A DNA stretch of 64,000 nucleotides from Arenicellales bacterium (GTDB lineage Bacteria > Pseudomonadota > Gammaproteobacteria > Arenicellales > JAJDZL01). Positions 22,265 through 31,008 of the stretch are shown piece by piece. The translations under genes and the position numbers were made by a program. Each line of letters begins with the position of its first letter. Positions within the stretch are counted from its first letter, which is position 1. The stretch covers positions 2,160,593 to 2,224,592 of the forward strand of contig OZ243975.1 of assembly GCA_965214785.1 (NCBI GenBank). The letters run 5' to 3'. The notes beneath the pieces were generated by a model, which saw only the letters and a program-made list of their open reading frames with translations, had not been told where the DNA came from and did not search any database.

Positions 22265-22282
22265 GCGCATTTGCGTCAGCTT
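22258..22282. terminator. Palindromic hairpin spanning the convergent stop codons of the SPOR gene and phaC
   Basis: AAGCTGAgCGCAttTGCGTCAGCTT is a near-perfect inverted repeat. There is a T-rich run only on the phaC side (complement of gaaaccaaag). Possible bidirectional terminator. Confidence 0.4.
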
Positions 22283-23334
22283 CGCTCACCGAGCCACTTA
22301 GAAACCTTAATCGGAATGTCTGCCCCAGCTTTGCCGCTGACATAAATTCCGATGTGCCCGGTGTCATACTCGATTTCCTGATAGTCTTTTGTACCCGCCA
22401 GGTACTTCAGTGCTTTGGACGCAGCGGTGGGCACCAGATGATCATGTTTTGCCATGATGTTTAAGATGGGGTGCTTAATTTTTTTCAGATCCACTGCCCG
22501 CCCGTCGATTTCAAGTTCTCCTGTCACCAGTTGGTTTTCCCGAAAGAATTTACGAATAAACGTACGAAACATCTCTCCGGCCTGGTCGGGACTGTCGAAA
22601 ATCCATTTCTCCATGCGCATGAAATTTTCAACTTTATCTTTCTGATCAATAATTTTTACCAAATCAAGGTATTTCTCGATGCCGAGACGAAACGGCTTGA
22701 GTGAAAGAAAGATACTGTTCAGTAAAGTGCCTGGAACATTCCCCATGGTGTCCACGAGGCCATCAACATCAATTTTGCCAAACCAGTGTGTCAGCAGATT
22801 GTCCGGGGAGTGAAAGTCCACCGGTGTGACCATGGTTACCAGATTGTTGACTTTTTCAGGATAAAGCGAGGTGTAACAAAGGCTCATCGTTCCGCCCTGG
22901 CAGATACCGAGCAGATTCATCTTGGCGGTACCGGAATTTTCCAGCGTTTTGTCCACGCAAGTGTTGATGCGCTCGGTATAGTGGTGCAGATCGACAAAAC
23001 GATCGGCTGCGCTCGGGTATCCCCAGTCGATGAGGTAAACGTCGAGGCCCTGATTCAACAGTCCTCTGACTAAGGAGCGGCGCTTGTGTAAATCTACGAT
23101 ATAGGGTCGGTTTACCAGTGCATAAACAATCAGCACCGGGATATTTGTTTCGGGCTTTTCATCAAAAGGTTCGTAGCGGTATAAAACCATCTCTCGATCA
23201 CTATAAACCGGTCGCTTCGGTGTGGTGCCGACTTCGATTTTGTCGAGTTTCTGCAGTACTTTGACGCCTTCTGTCAGACGGGACTGGAACTCGATCGCCT
23301 CAGTAGCGAGTTGGTCAGCGTTTTTGATACTCAT
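22276..23334 (-). CDS. phaC: Class III poly(3-hydroxyalkanoate) synthase, catalytic subunit PhaC
   Basis: 352 aa, the class III size. Lipase-box-like GICQGG, and it is colinear with Allochromatium-type PhaC (..VLIVYALVNRPYIVDL..YLIDWGYP..). ATGA overlap with phaE upstream. Confidence 0.9.
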   Translation of the reverse strand: MSIKNADQLATEAIEFQSRLTEGVKVLQKLDKIEVGTTPKRPVYSDREMVLYRYEPFDEKPETNIPVLIVYALVNRPYIVDLHKRRSLVRGLLNQGLDVYLIDWGYPSAADRFVDLHHYTERINTCVDKTLENSGTAKMNLLGICQGGTMSLCYTSLYPEKVNNLVTMVTPVDFHSPDNLLTHWFGKIDVDGLVDTMGNVPGTLLNSIFLSLKPFRLGIEKYLDLVKIIDQKDKVENFMRMEKWIFDSPDQAGEMFRTFIRKFFRENQLVTGELEIDGRAVDLKKIKHPILNIMAKHDHLVPTAASKALKYLAGTKDYQEIEYDTGHIGIYVSGKAGADIPIKVSKWLGERS

Positions 23335-24194
23335 GATTTTTTTGAGGTGCGTCGTCGGCTCGACCCCTGGGCAGCCGGACGCTTGTTCGATGTGCGTTTT
23401 GCTGTCTTGGGGCGAGTGGTGTGAATTTTCTTTTCCAATTCTGCAACTGTTTGCTGCAGTTGTCGAATTTCGGTTTCTTTTTGCTGATTATCCCGGTGTA
23501 TCTGTTCCATTTCCTGGCGCGATGGCTGCCCTCGCAAACGGCAGAATTTGTCGTCGATAATTTGCATTTGCCGGGTCAGTCGCACGTGGCAGTCAATCAG
23601 TTTGCCATAGGTTTGCGCGTATTGGTCGGTAAACGCGAGTTTTTGAAACTCGTCTTCACACAGATCGATCCATTTGCGACACAGTGAATCAAAATCTGAT
23701 TCGGCATCCATTTCGCTTATCAGGGTGATGAATTTTTCGCTGGTATCTCTGGAGAAAATCTGGAAAACGCTGATGTAGTCTTGTAAAGCGGATGCGTAAT
23801 TGAGCTGACATTTTGAAAGCTCGGCAAAATCTTCCTGATATTCCCGGCTGATACCCAGTGCAGGCAGCTGAGCGGATGCGCCTTGAGCAAAGTTCGGCGA
23901 AGTGGCAGTGAGGTTTTTCATGGACTCAAGCCACGGGTTTGTCATCGGCGGCATCTGAGCGGATGCGACACCTGGCATGAATGACTGAAGAGAAAACATC
24001 CGGATCATCTCTTCGATCTTCAAGGCGGTGGCGGTGTCTGCGCCTTGAGCATGCATGGCGTCGAACACGTTTCGAAATGCTTCAGATAAATCTGTAAGCT
24101 GTGAGTAGATATTCGGTGACGGTGACGGCGCAGACATTTTGCTCCACGGCGAAAGCCAGTCATTTTGATGAAATGTATCCCAGGGATTGAACAT
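23331..24194 (-). CDS. phaE: Class III PHA synthase subunit PhaE
   Basis: 287 aa. Blocks colinear with A. vinosum PhaE (..LGISREYQEDFAELSKCQLNYASALQDY.., ..WIDLCEDEF..YAQTYGKLIDCHVRL..), followed by a coiled-coil and a basic tail. Confidence 0.85.
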   Translation of the reverse strand: MFNPWDTFHQNDWLSPWSKMSAPSPSPNIYSQLTDLSEAFRNVFDAMHAQGADTATALKIEEMIRMFSLQSFMPGVASAQMPPMTNPWLESMKNLTATSPNFAQGASAQLPALGISREYQEDFAELSKCQLNYASALQDYISVFQIFSRDTSEKFITLISEMDAESDFDSLCRKWIDLCEDEFQKLAFTDQYAQTYGKLIDCHVRLTRQMQIIDDKFCRLRGQPSRQEMEQIHRDNQQKETEIRQLQQTVAELEKKIHTTRPKTAKRTSNKRPAAQGSSRRRTSKKS

Positions 24195-24470
24195 GTGATT
24201 GTGAGTTAATTTGCCAGTAAAGTCGAGTGGTGAATTTTATTCGATTCGGAAAATTATTATTCCGATTGGCATATTCACTGACATATCGGTCAGGGTGTTT
24301 TCCGCTAATTTTTTGATGGTATTCTTCTGTGTGTTCGCTTGAGAATTGGCCAAAACAACTCAATTCCGTCGATAGGCGCTTCGTCTATTGCATACCCGAG
24401 CGCGTTAGCGTGTTTTGAAAAATCCGTGCAAAGTTTCCTAATGAGTGTTATCAATCACCTGGCGGAGAAG
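24160..24470 (-). pseudogene. Possible frameshifted remnant of an AraC/XylS-family regulator (C-terminal HTH region only)
   Basis: Minus-strand frames give ..LIRKLCTDFSKHANALGYAI.. and, in another frame, ..TELSCFGQFSSEHTEEYHQKISGKHPDRY... Together they mimic the two AraC HTH motifs (..L.R.F.K..G.S...Y.. and ..GF.S.S.F.R.FKK..G..P..Y..). There is no intact ORF. Confidence 0.3.
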
Positions 24471-24884
24471 CTTCGTTTTGGAAAATTGCCATCAACTCAA
24501 TGAAATGATAACATCGTCGCGATGCGACTTGTCAGGGGTTCTATTATTCGCTTTCATATGATCTGCTCAATTGATCATGTCAAAGCTCAAATAGCAACAT
24601 ATTTCGCTGGTTTAGGCCATGTATACAAACATTAAATACTGGGCGTTGGAATACAAAATTGTATATAACGAGGCAACATACACAACAAAGCCATAGATTC
24701 CTTGGGCAGATAAAATCGCATGGCTGTATATTTCTAACGTTAGCTTCCAATTATTCACTGACGATGCACATGCCGATATTCTTACGGTTCAGAGAAATAA
24801 TTGTGATAAGAAGCAATCCATTATGACTGGCACCATAAAGGAGAGTTTGAATCTTTTCTCTCCGATTCAGGAATAGTTGAACCA

Positions 24885-25790
24885 ATGGAAGTAATTAACC
24901 CAATCCAGCTTACTGCATCTACTCTTGCCAAATTGAATGCAGATGTTTCTAATGAACTAAATGGAGATTGCATTTTTATTTGGTGTGGAATTCTGTCACC
25001 GCTTGACGACGAACTGCGCGCAGTAATCGAAGGGCTTGTTGCAAGCCCGGATCATAAGCAAAACTTAATTGTTTTACTAGAGACAAAAGGCGGGTACATT
25101 GAAATCGTAGAACGGATGGTGCGTATTATGCGGAATCACTACGAAGAGGTGTATTTTATTATAGCAGGACACGCTTATTCTGCGGGCACCGTGCTCGTTT
25201 TATCTGGCGACAGGATTTATATGGATTATTACTCTGTTCTAGGTCCAATTGATCCACAGGTCCAAGATGAAGAGGGAGCATCTTTGTTGCCAGGTGTTGG
25301 ATATTTGGAAAAGTTCAAAGAGATCAGGAAGAAAATAAATAAATCAACTTCAAATTCCCCAAATGCTAGGAGAGCCGAATTAGCATATTTGATTAAAAGG
25401 TTTGACCCCGCAAAGTTATTTCATATTGAGCAAGCAATTCAGCATGGTCGTTCTTTGATTACTGAATGGTTGCCAAAGTACAAATTCAAAAGTTGGAAAA
25501 AGACAACAACTCGGGGAGTAAAGGTCGATGAACAAATGCGAAAGAAGCGTGCAGAAGATATTGCAAGTTTACTCGCAAAGGCAGACAGGTGGCATTCCCA
25601 TGGAAGGGGCATATCAATGAGCGAACTTCAGGGTGAAGAAATAAAACTAGAAATCGACGACTTTGGCGCCAACAGCAATCTAAATTCTGCGGTAAGGAAT
25701 TATCACGGGTTAGCAATTGACTATGCGAAGAAAGTCGGTATCAGAGGTTTCATTCACACTAAAATTCATGGCATGAGGAGTATTCGATGA
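24885..25790 (+). CDS. SDH-family Clp/SppA-fold serine proteinase (PF01972-like)
   Basis: 301 aa. ..LIVLLETKGGYIEIVERMVRIM..VYFIIAGHAYSAGTVLVLSGDRIYMDYYSVLGPIDPQ.. is the ClpP/SppA crotonase-like core, with the nucleophile Ser in YSAGT. The gene is visibly more AT-rich than its neighbours. Confidence 0.7.
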   Translation: MEVINPIQLTASTLAKLNADVSNELNGDCIFIWCGILSPLDDELRAVIEGLVASPDHKQNLIVLLETKGGYIEIVERMVRIMRNHYEEVYFIIAGHAYSAGTVLVLSGDRIYMDYYSVLGPIDPQVQDEEGASLLPGVGYLEKFKEIRKKINKSTSNSPNARRAELAYLIKRFDPAKLFHIEQAIQHGRSLITEWLPKYKFKSWKKTTTRGVKVDEQMRKKRAEDIASLLAKADRWHSHGRGISMSELQGEEIKLEIDDFGANSNLNSAVRNYHGLAIDYAKKVGIRGFIHTKIHGMRSIR

Positions 25791-26002
25791 AAAATACAAT
25801 CAAATCTAACAACCTTACCAAGGCAGATACTGACAAGTTTGTCAAACTCATTGACGAATTGTCGAAACAGTCTGATGATTCAGGATTTCTTGACTTGGAT
25901 TACCTTGATCAAATTCCCGAACATGATGATATTGACAAGCCAATTCCGTTTCCATTTGGAGGGCACGGAGAATTTGGGAAATGGCGTTCACAATCAAAAT
26001 AA
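25787..26002 (+). CDS. Small acidic protein, translationally coupled to the protease gene
   Basis: 71 aa. ATGA start/stop overlap with the upstream gene. It is D/E-rich (..DDSGFLDLDYLDQIPEHDDIDKP..) with a C-terminal FPFGGHGEFGKW. I recognise no family. Confidence 0.55.
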   Translation: MKNTIKSNNLTKADTDKFVKLIDELSKQSDDSGFLDLDYLDQIPEHDDIDKPIPFPFGGHGEFGKWRSQSK

Positions 26003-26473
26003 CATTGCTAAATTCCCAACCATTTTTTGAATGACCCGCTGGACATGCGGGCGCGTAGCGCTAGACCAGCAGAAATAAACCAAACTGTGCTTGACTTGTC
26101 CTCTTTTTTGGATCTCAAGCGCCTTGAACAATTCTTGGATTGCATCTTTAGCCAGCCACGAAACTGGATGCGGCGCTGCTTTATTAACAACAACCCCACA
26201 ACTGCCGTTGGCCTGCTCGACACGGGACGATTTCTGGATGTTGACTTAACGGCAAATATCTGAATCGCTTACAACCACAGGTTGCCAGGCTCCTTTATTC
26301 GTGTTCATTCGGGCCGTTCGAATGGCAATTTATTTCGCTGATATAGGTTCAATATTTGAAGCGAAATTCAAACACAGTTTGAAGTGTGCAGTGCAAAACA
26401 AAACCCAATTGATATAAACAGCGAAGTGTACAATATCACGTCCGTTTAACCCGCTTTAGGAGCTTGAAACATC

Positions 26474-27205
26474 ATGACTGTCAAAGACCGTGTAGCCGTA
26501 GTAACAGGTGGTACGCGAGGAATTGGCGAAGCAATTTCTGTTGCATTGAACGACAGCGGCTATCTAGTCGCTGCAAATTATGGTGGCAACCATGATCGCG
26601 CCCGACAATTCAACGAACGAACCGGCATTGCTATTTACCCATTCGATGTGAGCAACTTTGATGAATGCAAAGCAGGAATTGCTGCGATTTCGAACGATTT
26701 GGGTCCTATCGACATTGTTGTGAACAATGCAGGAATTACCCGGGATAAAACCTTACATTCAATGGACTTCGAGCAATGGAACGAGGTTTTGCAAACCAAT
26801 TTGTCATCGTGCTTCAATATGTGCCGATGCGTGATTGAAGGCATGCGCGAACGCGGGTTTGGTCGGATTGTGAATATCGGTTCGATAAACGGACAAGCCG
26901 GTCAATACGGCCAGGTCAATTATTCAGCTTCAAAATCAGGAATTCACGGGTTTACCAAGGCATTGGCGAAAGAAGGCGCCAGCAAGGGAATTACAGTGAA
27001 CGCGATTGCCCCAGGTTATGTGGATACAGACATGGTGCGAGCCGTACCTGAACGGGTGTTGGAAAAGATCATCGCTACAATTCCAGTCGGTCGACTCGGC
27101 CGCGCGCAAGACATTGCAAGAGGCGTGCTTTTTCTGGTGTCTGACGAAGCGTCTTTTATTACCGGTTCGACAGTCGACATCAATGGCGGCCAACATATGT
27201 ATTGA
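26474..27205 (+). CDS. phaB: Acetoacetyl-CoA reductase (SDR)
   Basis: 243 aa. TGGTRGIG, NNAGITRD, YSASKSG, and C-terminal ..INGGQHMY typical of PhaB. GGAG lies upstream of the ATG. Confidence 0.9.
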   Translation: MTVKDRVAVVTGGTRGIGEAISVALNDSGYLVAANYGGNHDRARQFNERTGIAIYPFDVSNFDECKAGIAAISNDLGPIDIVVNNAGITRDKTLHSMDFEQWNEVLQTNLSSCFNMCRCVIEGMRERGFGRIVNIGSINGQAGQYGQVNYSASKSGIHGFTKALAKEGASKGITVNAIAPGYVDTDMVRAVPERVLEKIIATIPVGRLGRAQDIARGVLFLVSDEASFITGSTVDINGGQHMY

Positions 27206-27213
27206 TGCAGGCA

Positions 27214-27693
27214 ATGACTGAACCGAGAATCATAAAAAAATACTCGAACAGACGGCTTTACGATACGCTTGACAGTCGCTACGTCAATCTGTCGGAAGTT
27301 CGAGAGTTGGTATTGGCTGACATTGATTTCAATGTTGTTGATGTTTCAACAGGGAACGACATTACCCGGCAGATATTGCTGCAGGTCATAGCGGAGCAGG
27401 AAATGGGCGGACAGCCGATGTTCACCAAGGACTTGCTGGTGCAGATGATTCGGTTTTATGGCGGGGCATTTCAAAGTGTTTTTACCGACTACCTGACGAA
27501 AACAGCGAACATGCTCAATGACCAGCACAAGACCTACCAGGACCAGTGGAACGAAATGTTCAATGCAGCTGGAATGCCACAAATGGGCGATATTGCTCAG
27601 CAAAATATGAAGGTGTGGACAGACATGCAGCAACAAATGCTAAGAATGTACGGCTTGCAGCCACCAAAGGAGCAGCCGCCAGAGGATAGCTGA
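27214..27693 (+). CDS. phaR: PHA synthesis repressor PhaR
   Basis: MTEPRIIKKYSNRRLYDT..S.YV.L.. is the canonical PhaR N-terminus. An alternative start at 27202 overlaps the phaB stop. Confidence 0.85.
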   Translation: MTEPRIIKKYSNRRLYDTLDSRYVNLSEVRELVLADIDFNVVDVSTGNDITRQILLQVIAEQEMGGQPMFTKDLLVQMIRFYGGAFQSVFTDYLTKTANMLNDQHKTYQDQWNEMFNAAGMPQMGDIAQQNMKVWTDMQQQMLRMYGLQPPKEQPPEDS

Positions 27694-27807
27694 GCACCGA
27701 TGGGAAGGCGCGGCGGCGGTTTATGCGTTGTTGGCTTGGAGTCCCGAGTAGATTTGCTGCGATGAGTGTATTCGGATTAAACCGTTTTTGACTTAAGAAG
27801 AGATATT

Positions 27808-27978
27808 GTGAATTACAAAGTTTACATGTGCGTGGTTTGCGGATTTATCTACGAAGAGCAATATGGAATGCCCGAAGAGGGAATCCCTGCGGGAACACTA
27901 TGGGATGAGATTCCAGATACATGGGTGTGCCCGGACTGTTCTGCGATTAAGGAAGATTTCGAAATCATTGAGATCTGA
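27808..27978 (+). CDS. Rubredoxin
   Basis: Not in the ORF track because it is under 60 aa. From a GTG start the 56-aa product is (M)NYKVYMCVVCGFIYEEQYGMPEEGIPAGTLWDEIPDTWVCPDCSAIKEDFEIIEI, with both CxxCG / CPxC iron-binding knuckles. Confidence 0.85.
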   Translation: MNYKVYMCVVCGFIYEEQYGMPEEGIPAGTLWDEIPDTWVCPDCSAIKEDFEIIEI

Positions 27979-28017
27979 GTCTTATAACTCAAGTTTCGAG
28001 GTTTACTTCGGGCGATT

Positions 28018-28307
28018 TTAGCCGCTCGGGGTTGATTTCAGGCAGTGTTCCTGCTGAAGAACTCTTGAATTCAATTGCAACGCATCGACAAAAAACATCT
28101 CGATGTGCCGATCTACAACATCCTTCATCTCTTGTGTCGCACATCCGAGTCTGTCACTCATGTTAATTGAGCGCATTGTGGATCATCACACGGAACACTT
28201 TCCATGGCTTTTGCGCATAACTTAAGTGTTCGGATCTGGTCTGCAATCTCCTGTCTGGTTTCGCCAACTTTGGTATAACATTCATCCAACGTCAAGTACA
28301 GCACCAT
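28018..28307 (-). CDS. Two tiny overlapping ORFs (49 aa and 47 aa, ATGA junction), or one frameshifted Cys/His-containing gene of about 96 aa
   Basis: 28158..28307 gives MVLYLTLDECYTKVGETRQEIADQIRTLKLCAKAMESVPCDDPQCAQLT. 28018..28161 gives MSDRLGCATQEMKDVVDRHIEMFFVDALQLNSRVLQQEHCLKSTPSG. No family recognised and coding status is uncertain. Confidence 0.2.
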
Positions 28308-28432
28308 GTAGCATACCGCAGACAAATGCAGCTACGCACAGTGCGAAGCGTAACTGCGAATCTGCTTGTGTTGGCAGGCAACGATCTTAAGTTGAGTAGA
28401 AGTTAATCTCAAAATCAAAAATTAATTATGTC

Positions 28433-28459
28433 TGAACTAAGCTGCGTTCCGCAGCAGTT
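28433..28459. repeat. Left terminal inverted repeat of the IS91-family element
   Basis: tgaactaagctgcgttccgcagcagtt matches the reverse complement of 31009-31035 (tgaactgagctgcgtttcgtagcagcc). Confidence 0.7.
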
Positions 28460-28675
28460 GTCTTTCCGTGCCATGCTGTCGTTTTTCATTTTAACCGACC
28501 AGTAGTTCATTCGCCTATCGCCCGTTCTTCTTCTATTTCCTGATTCTTCTCCCGCATCATCGGATTACGCAATTCAAGTTGCGTAACTCTCCAAAATATG
28601 GTTCCATTAAAACCGAAGGGTTCGTCCCTGCGATGAGCCTGAAGTTTTAATTACCCATTTTATGGAGATTTATTC

Positions 28676-29536
28676 ATGAGTCCATTAAGAAAAAAATTAT
28701 TGAATGACATGACCGTTCGAGGCATGTCGGAGAACACCAAGAAACTGTATGACCGATCGGTATCCGGTCTAGTGAGGTATCACCGCCGAAGTCCCGACAC
28801 CATCAGTAAACAGGAAGTCCAAGACTACCTGCTGTATCTGATTGAAGAACGCAAGTTGAGGTGGACAAGCGTCAATGTGTATGTGCAGGGTATCCGGTTT
28901 TTCTACCGCATCACCTTGGGTCGTCCAGAACCTTACTTCTACGTGCCAACAGCGAAACAGGGATCAAAGTTGCCGGTGCTGCTCAATCGGGATCAGATCG
29001 CGAAGCTGTTCAACGCAGCGGCCAATCCCAAACATCGAGCAATCCTGATTACCGCCTATGCTGCAGGTCTGAGAGTTAGCGAGCTGACTAATCTTCGCGT
29101 CAAAGATATCGACTCGCAGCGCATGACAATTCGCATCTGTCAAGGCAAAGGGAAAAAGGATCGCTACGTGCCGCTGTCACCGCGGCTGCTTGAACAGCTG
29201 CGCATTTACTGGCGGCAAATGAAAGTGAAGCCGACCGAGTGGCTGTTTCCCGGTCAATGTGCCGACGGCCGATTGTCGATCGCCGGTATCGCCAGGATTT
29301 ACAGCAGCATCAAAGCCAAGGCCGGCATCACCACCGAAGGAGGGATCCATACGCTTCGCCATTGCTATGCGACAACACTACTTGAATCCGGTGTCGCACT
29401 GTACAGCATCCAGCGTAATCTTGGACATACCTCGATCCGCTCCACCATGCACTATCTGAGGTTGGCCAAATCGGCGGACAACGAAGCGGTCTCGCCGCTC
29501 GATGTGCCGCCAGGCAATTCGTCGCACCGCAACTGA
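28676..29536 (+). CDS. Tyrosine recombinase (phage integrase family) associated with the IS91-family element
   Basis: 286 aa with an N-terminal SAM-like domain. Catalytic-domain residues: ..AGLRVSEL.., ..KGKKDRYVPL.., ..HTLRHCYATTLLESG.., ..LGHTSIRSTMHYL... Confidence 0.9.
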   Translation: MSPLRKKLLNDMTVRGMSENTKKLYDRSVSGLVRYHRRSPDTISKQEVQDYLLYLIEERKLRWTSVNVYVQGIRFFYRITLGRPEPYFYVPTAKQGSKLPVLLNRDQIAKLFNAAANPKHRAILITAYAAGLRVSELTNLRVKDIDSQRMTIRICQGKGKKDRYVPLSPRLLEQLRIYWRQMKVKPTEWLFPGQCADGRLSIAGIARIYSSIKAKAGITTEGGIHTLRHCYATTLLESGVALYSIQRNLGHTSIRSTMHYLRLAKSADNEAVSPLDVPPGNSSHRN

Positions 29537-30749
29537 TCCGGTGCACCCCAATTGTCAGCCACAGCCGGTCAAACGACCGGCTGTGGAGATTGCCGATATT
29601 GTACGGGTTCGCCTCGCACAATGTCGTAAATTAAAGTGGTTTACGCCACTGCGACAGAAAGTCTCTCGAGCGTTGCTTGATTGTAGAACTGCAGCGCTCG
29701 GCGGCTTTGCCGCGCAGTGCGATCACTGTGGCGCGACCGTTTGCCGCTACAAATCGTGTCGCAACCGTCATTGCCCAAAATGCTTGTCCTTGAAACAAAC
29801 CCAATGGGTAGACAAACAAAACTCGCATCTGCTCGATACCCGATATTGGCATCTGGTATTCACGCTGCCGCACGCGCTCAATCCCATTGCCTTGCAGTGC
29901 CCGAGACAGATTTACTCCATCTTGTTTAAAGCCGCAGGCCAGACTCTGCTCGAATTCGGTCGCGATCCCAAATGGCTTGGCGGACAAATTGGCTTTACCC
30001 TGGTGCTCCACACCTGGGGTGCGAATTTATCGTACCACATTCATGTTCACGCCATCGTCACCGGCGGAGCACTGAGCCATGATCGAAATCAATGGCTGTG
30101 TGCCAAGCACGGCTTCCTTTTTCCGGTGCGGGCTTTGTCCAAGGTTTTTCGAGGTAAATACCTCGACTTGCTCAAAAAAGCCTATCGGAAAGATCAATTG
30201 AGATTGTCAGCCGATACCGTCGAGTTTGACCGGCTGATATCTAAATTGTATGACCACAACTGGGTGGTCTATGCGAAACGGCCATTCAATGGTCCCCGAC
30301 AGGTTGTTGCCTATCTGGGTCGCTACACGCACAAAATTGCAATCTCCAATCACCGTCTGGTCAGTTTTGATGGCCAATCGGTACGCTTTCGCTGGCGAGA
30401 TTACGCCGATGGCAATCGGCAAAAAGTCATGCAGCTTAACGCAGATGAGTTTCTGCGTCGGTTCTTCTTACATGTGCTGCCGCACAGGTTTACACGAATC
30501 CGTCACTATGGTTTGCTTGGCAATCGAAATCGAAAAGAAAATATCGCAGCTTGCCGAGCCGTGCTCAATCAAGATCAGCCGCCTGAGCCCGAGTCTGAAA
30601 CCACCGCACAAATGATGCTGCGACTCACCGGCGTTGATATCACCAAGTGCCCTCATTGTAAGCAAGGCAACTTGGTGACCATGTCCGAGTTTGAACCGTC
30701 GAATCAAGATATCGCAATGGCGTCGACAAGGGTGAGAGCTCCTCCATGA
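29502..30749 (+). CDS. IS91-family (HUH, Y2) rolling-circle transposase
   Basis: Zn-finger N-terminus (CRTAALGG..CDHCG..CRNRHCPKC), HUH motif HTWGANLSYHIHVHAIV, and Y2 motif YLGRYTHKIAISN. The start is uncertain: ATG 29502 overlaps the integrase gene, and the in-frame GTG at 29583 is the alternative. Confidence 0.9.
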   Translation: MCRQAIRRTATDPVHPNCQPQPVKRPAVEIADIVRVRLAQCRKLKWFTPLRQKVSRALLDCRTAALGGFAAQCDHCGATVCRYKSCRNRHCPKCLSLKQTQWVDKQNSHLLDTRYWHLVFTLPHALNPIALQCPRQIYSILFKAAGQTLLEFGRDPKWLGGQIGFTLVLHTWGANLSYHIHVHAIVTGGALSHDRNQWLCAKHGFLFPVRALSKVFRGKYLDLLKKAYRKDQLRLSADTVEFDRLISKLYDHNWVVYAKRPFNGPRQVVAYLGRYTHKIAISNHRLVSFDGQSVRFRWRDYADGNRQKVMQLNADEFLRRFFLHVLPHRFTRIRHYGLLGNRNRKENIAACRAVLNQDQPPEPESETTAQMMLRLTGVDITKCPHCKQGNLVTMSEFEPSNQDIAMASTRVRAPP

Positions 30750-30937
30750 GTCATCATATTAAGTCAGTTAGCAGATATCCGAATGCGCTGTTTAGCGTGT
30801 TACAGGGAGGGTTTTGCCTGCGTCTAAAAAAACGCGACCAGAAGTCGGTTTTTCAGTCCCTTTTGATGTGGGTAAGCAGGCTATTTTCTCCGAGCAACAC
30901 CTTCGAACTCTGGAGTGTGATTGCGAAATCCTGCGAT

Positions 30938-31005
30938 TCAGCCTGAATCCAGCGTTACTTTTTCCATACACTCAGCCTGAATCCAGCGTTACTTTTTCCA
31001 TACAC
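30938..31005. repeat. Perfect 34-bp tandem duplication just inside the right end of the IS91-family element
   Basis: tcagcctgaatccagcgttactttttccatacac occurs twice back-to-back (30938-30971 and 30972-31005). Confidence 0.95.
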
Positions 31006-31008
31006 CTC

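Noticed and set aside
25994-26245. 83-codon open frame on the minus strand (..NKAAPHPVSWLAKDAIQELFKALEIQKRGQVKHSLVYFCWSSATRPHVQRVIQKM..) between the small acidic gene and phaB
   Set aside because: It looks protein-like but has no ATG, GTG or TTG near its 5' end, and I recognise no family. A competing ORF is listed on the same strand in another frame (26008..26223). It is probably a remnant of a disrupted gene and I do not call it as a feature.
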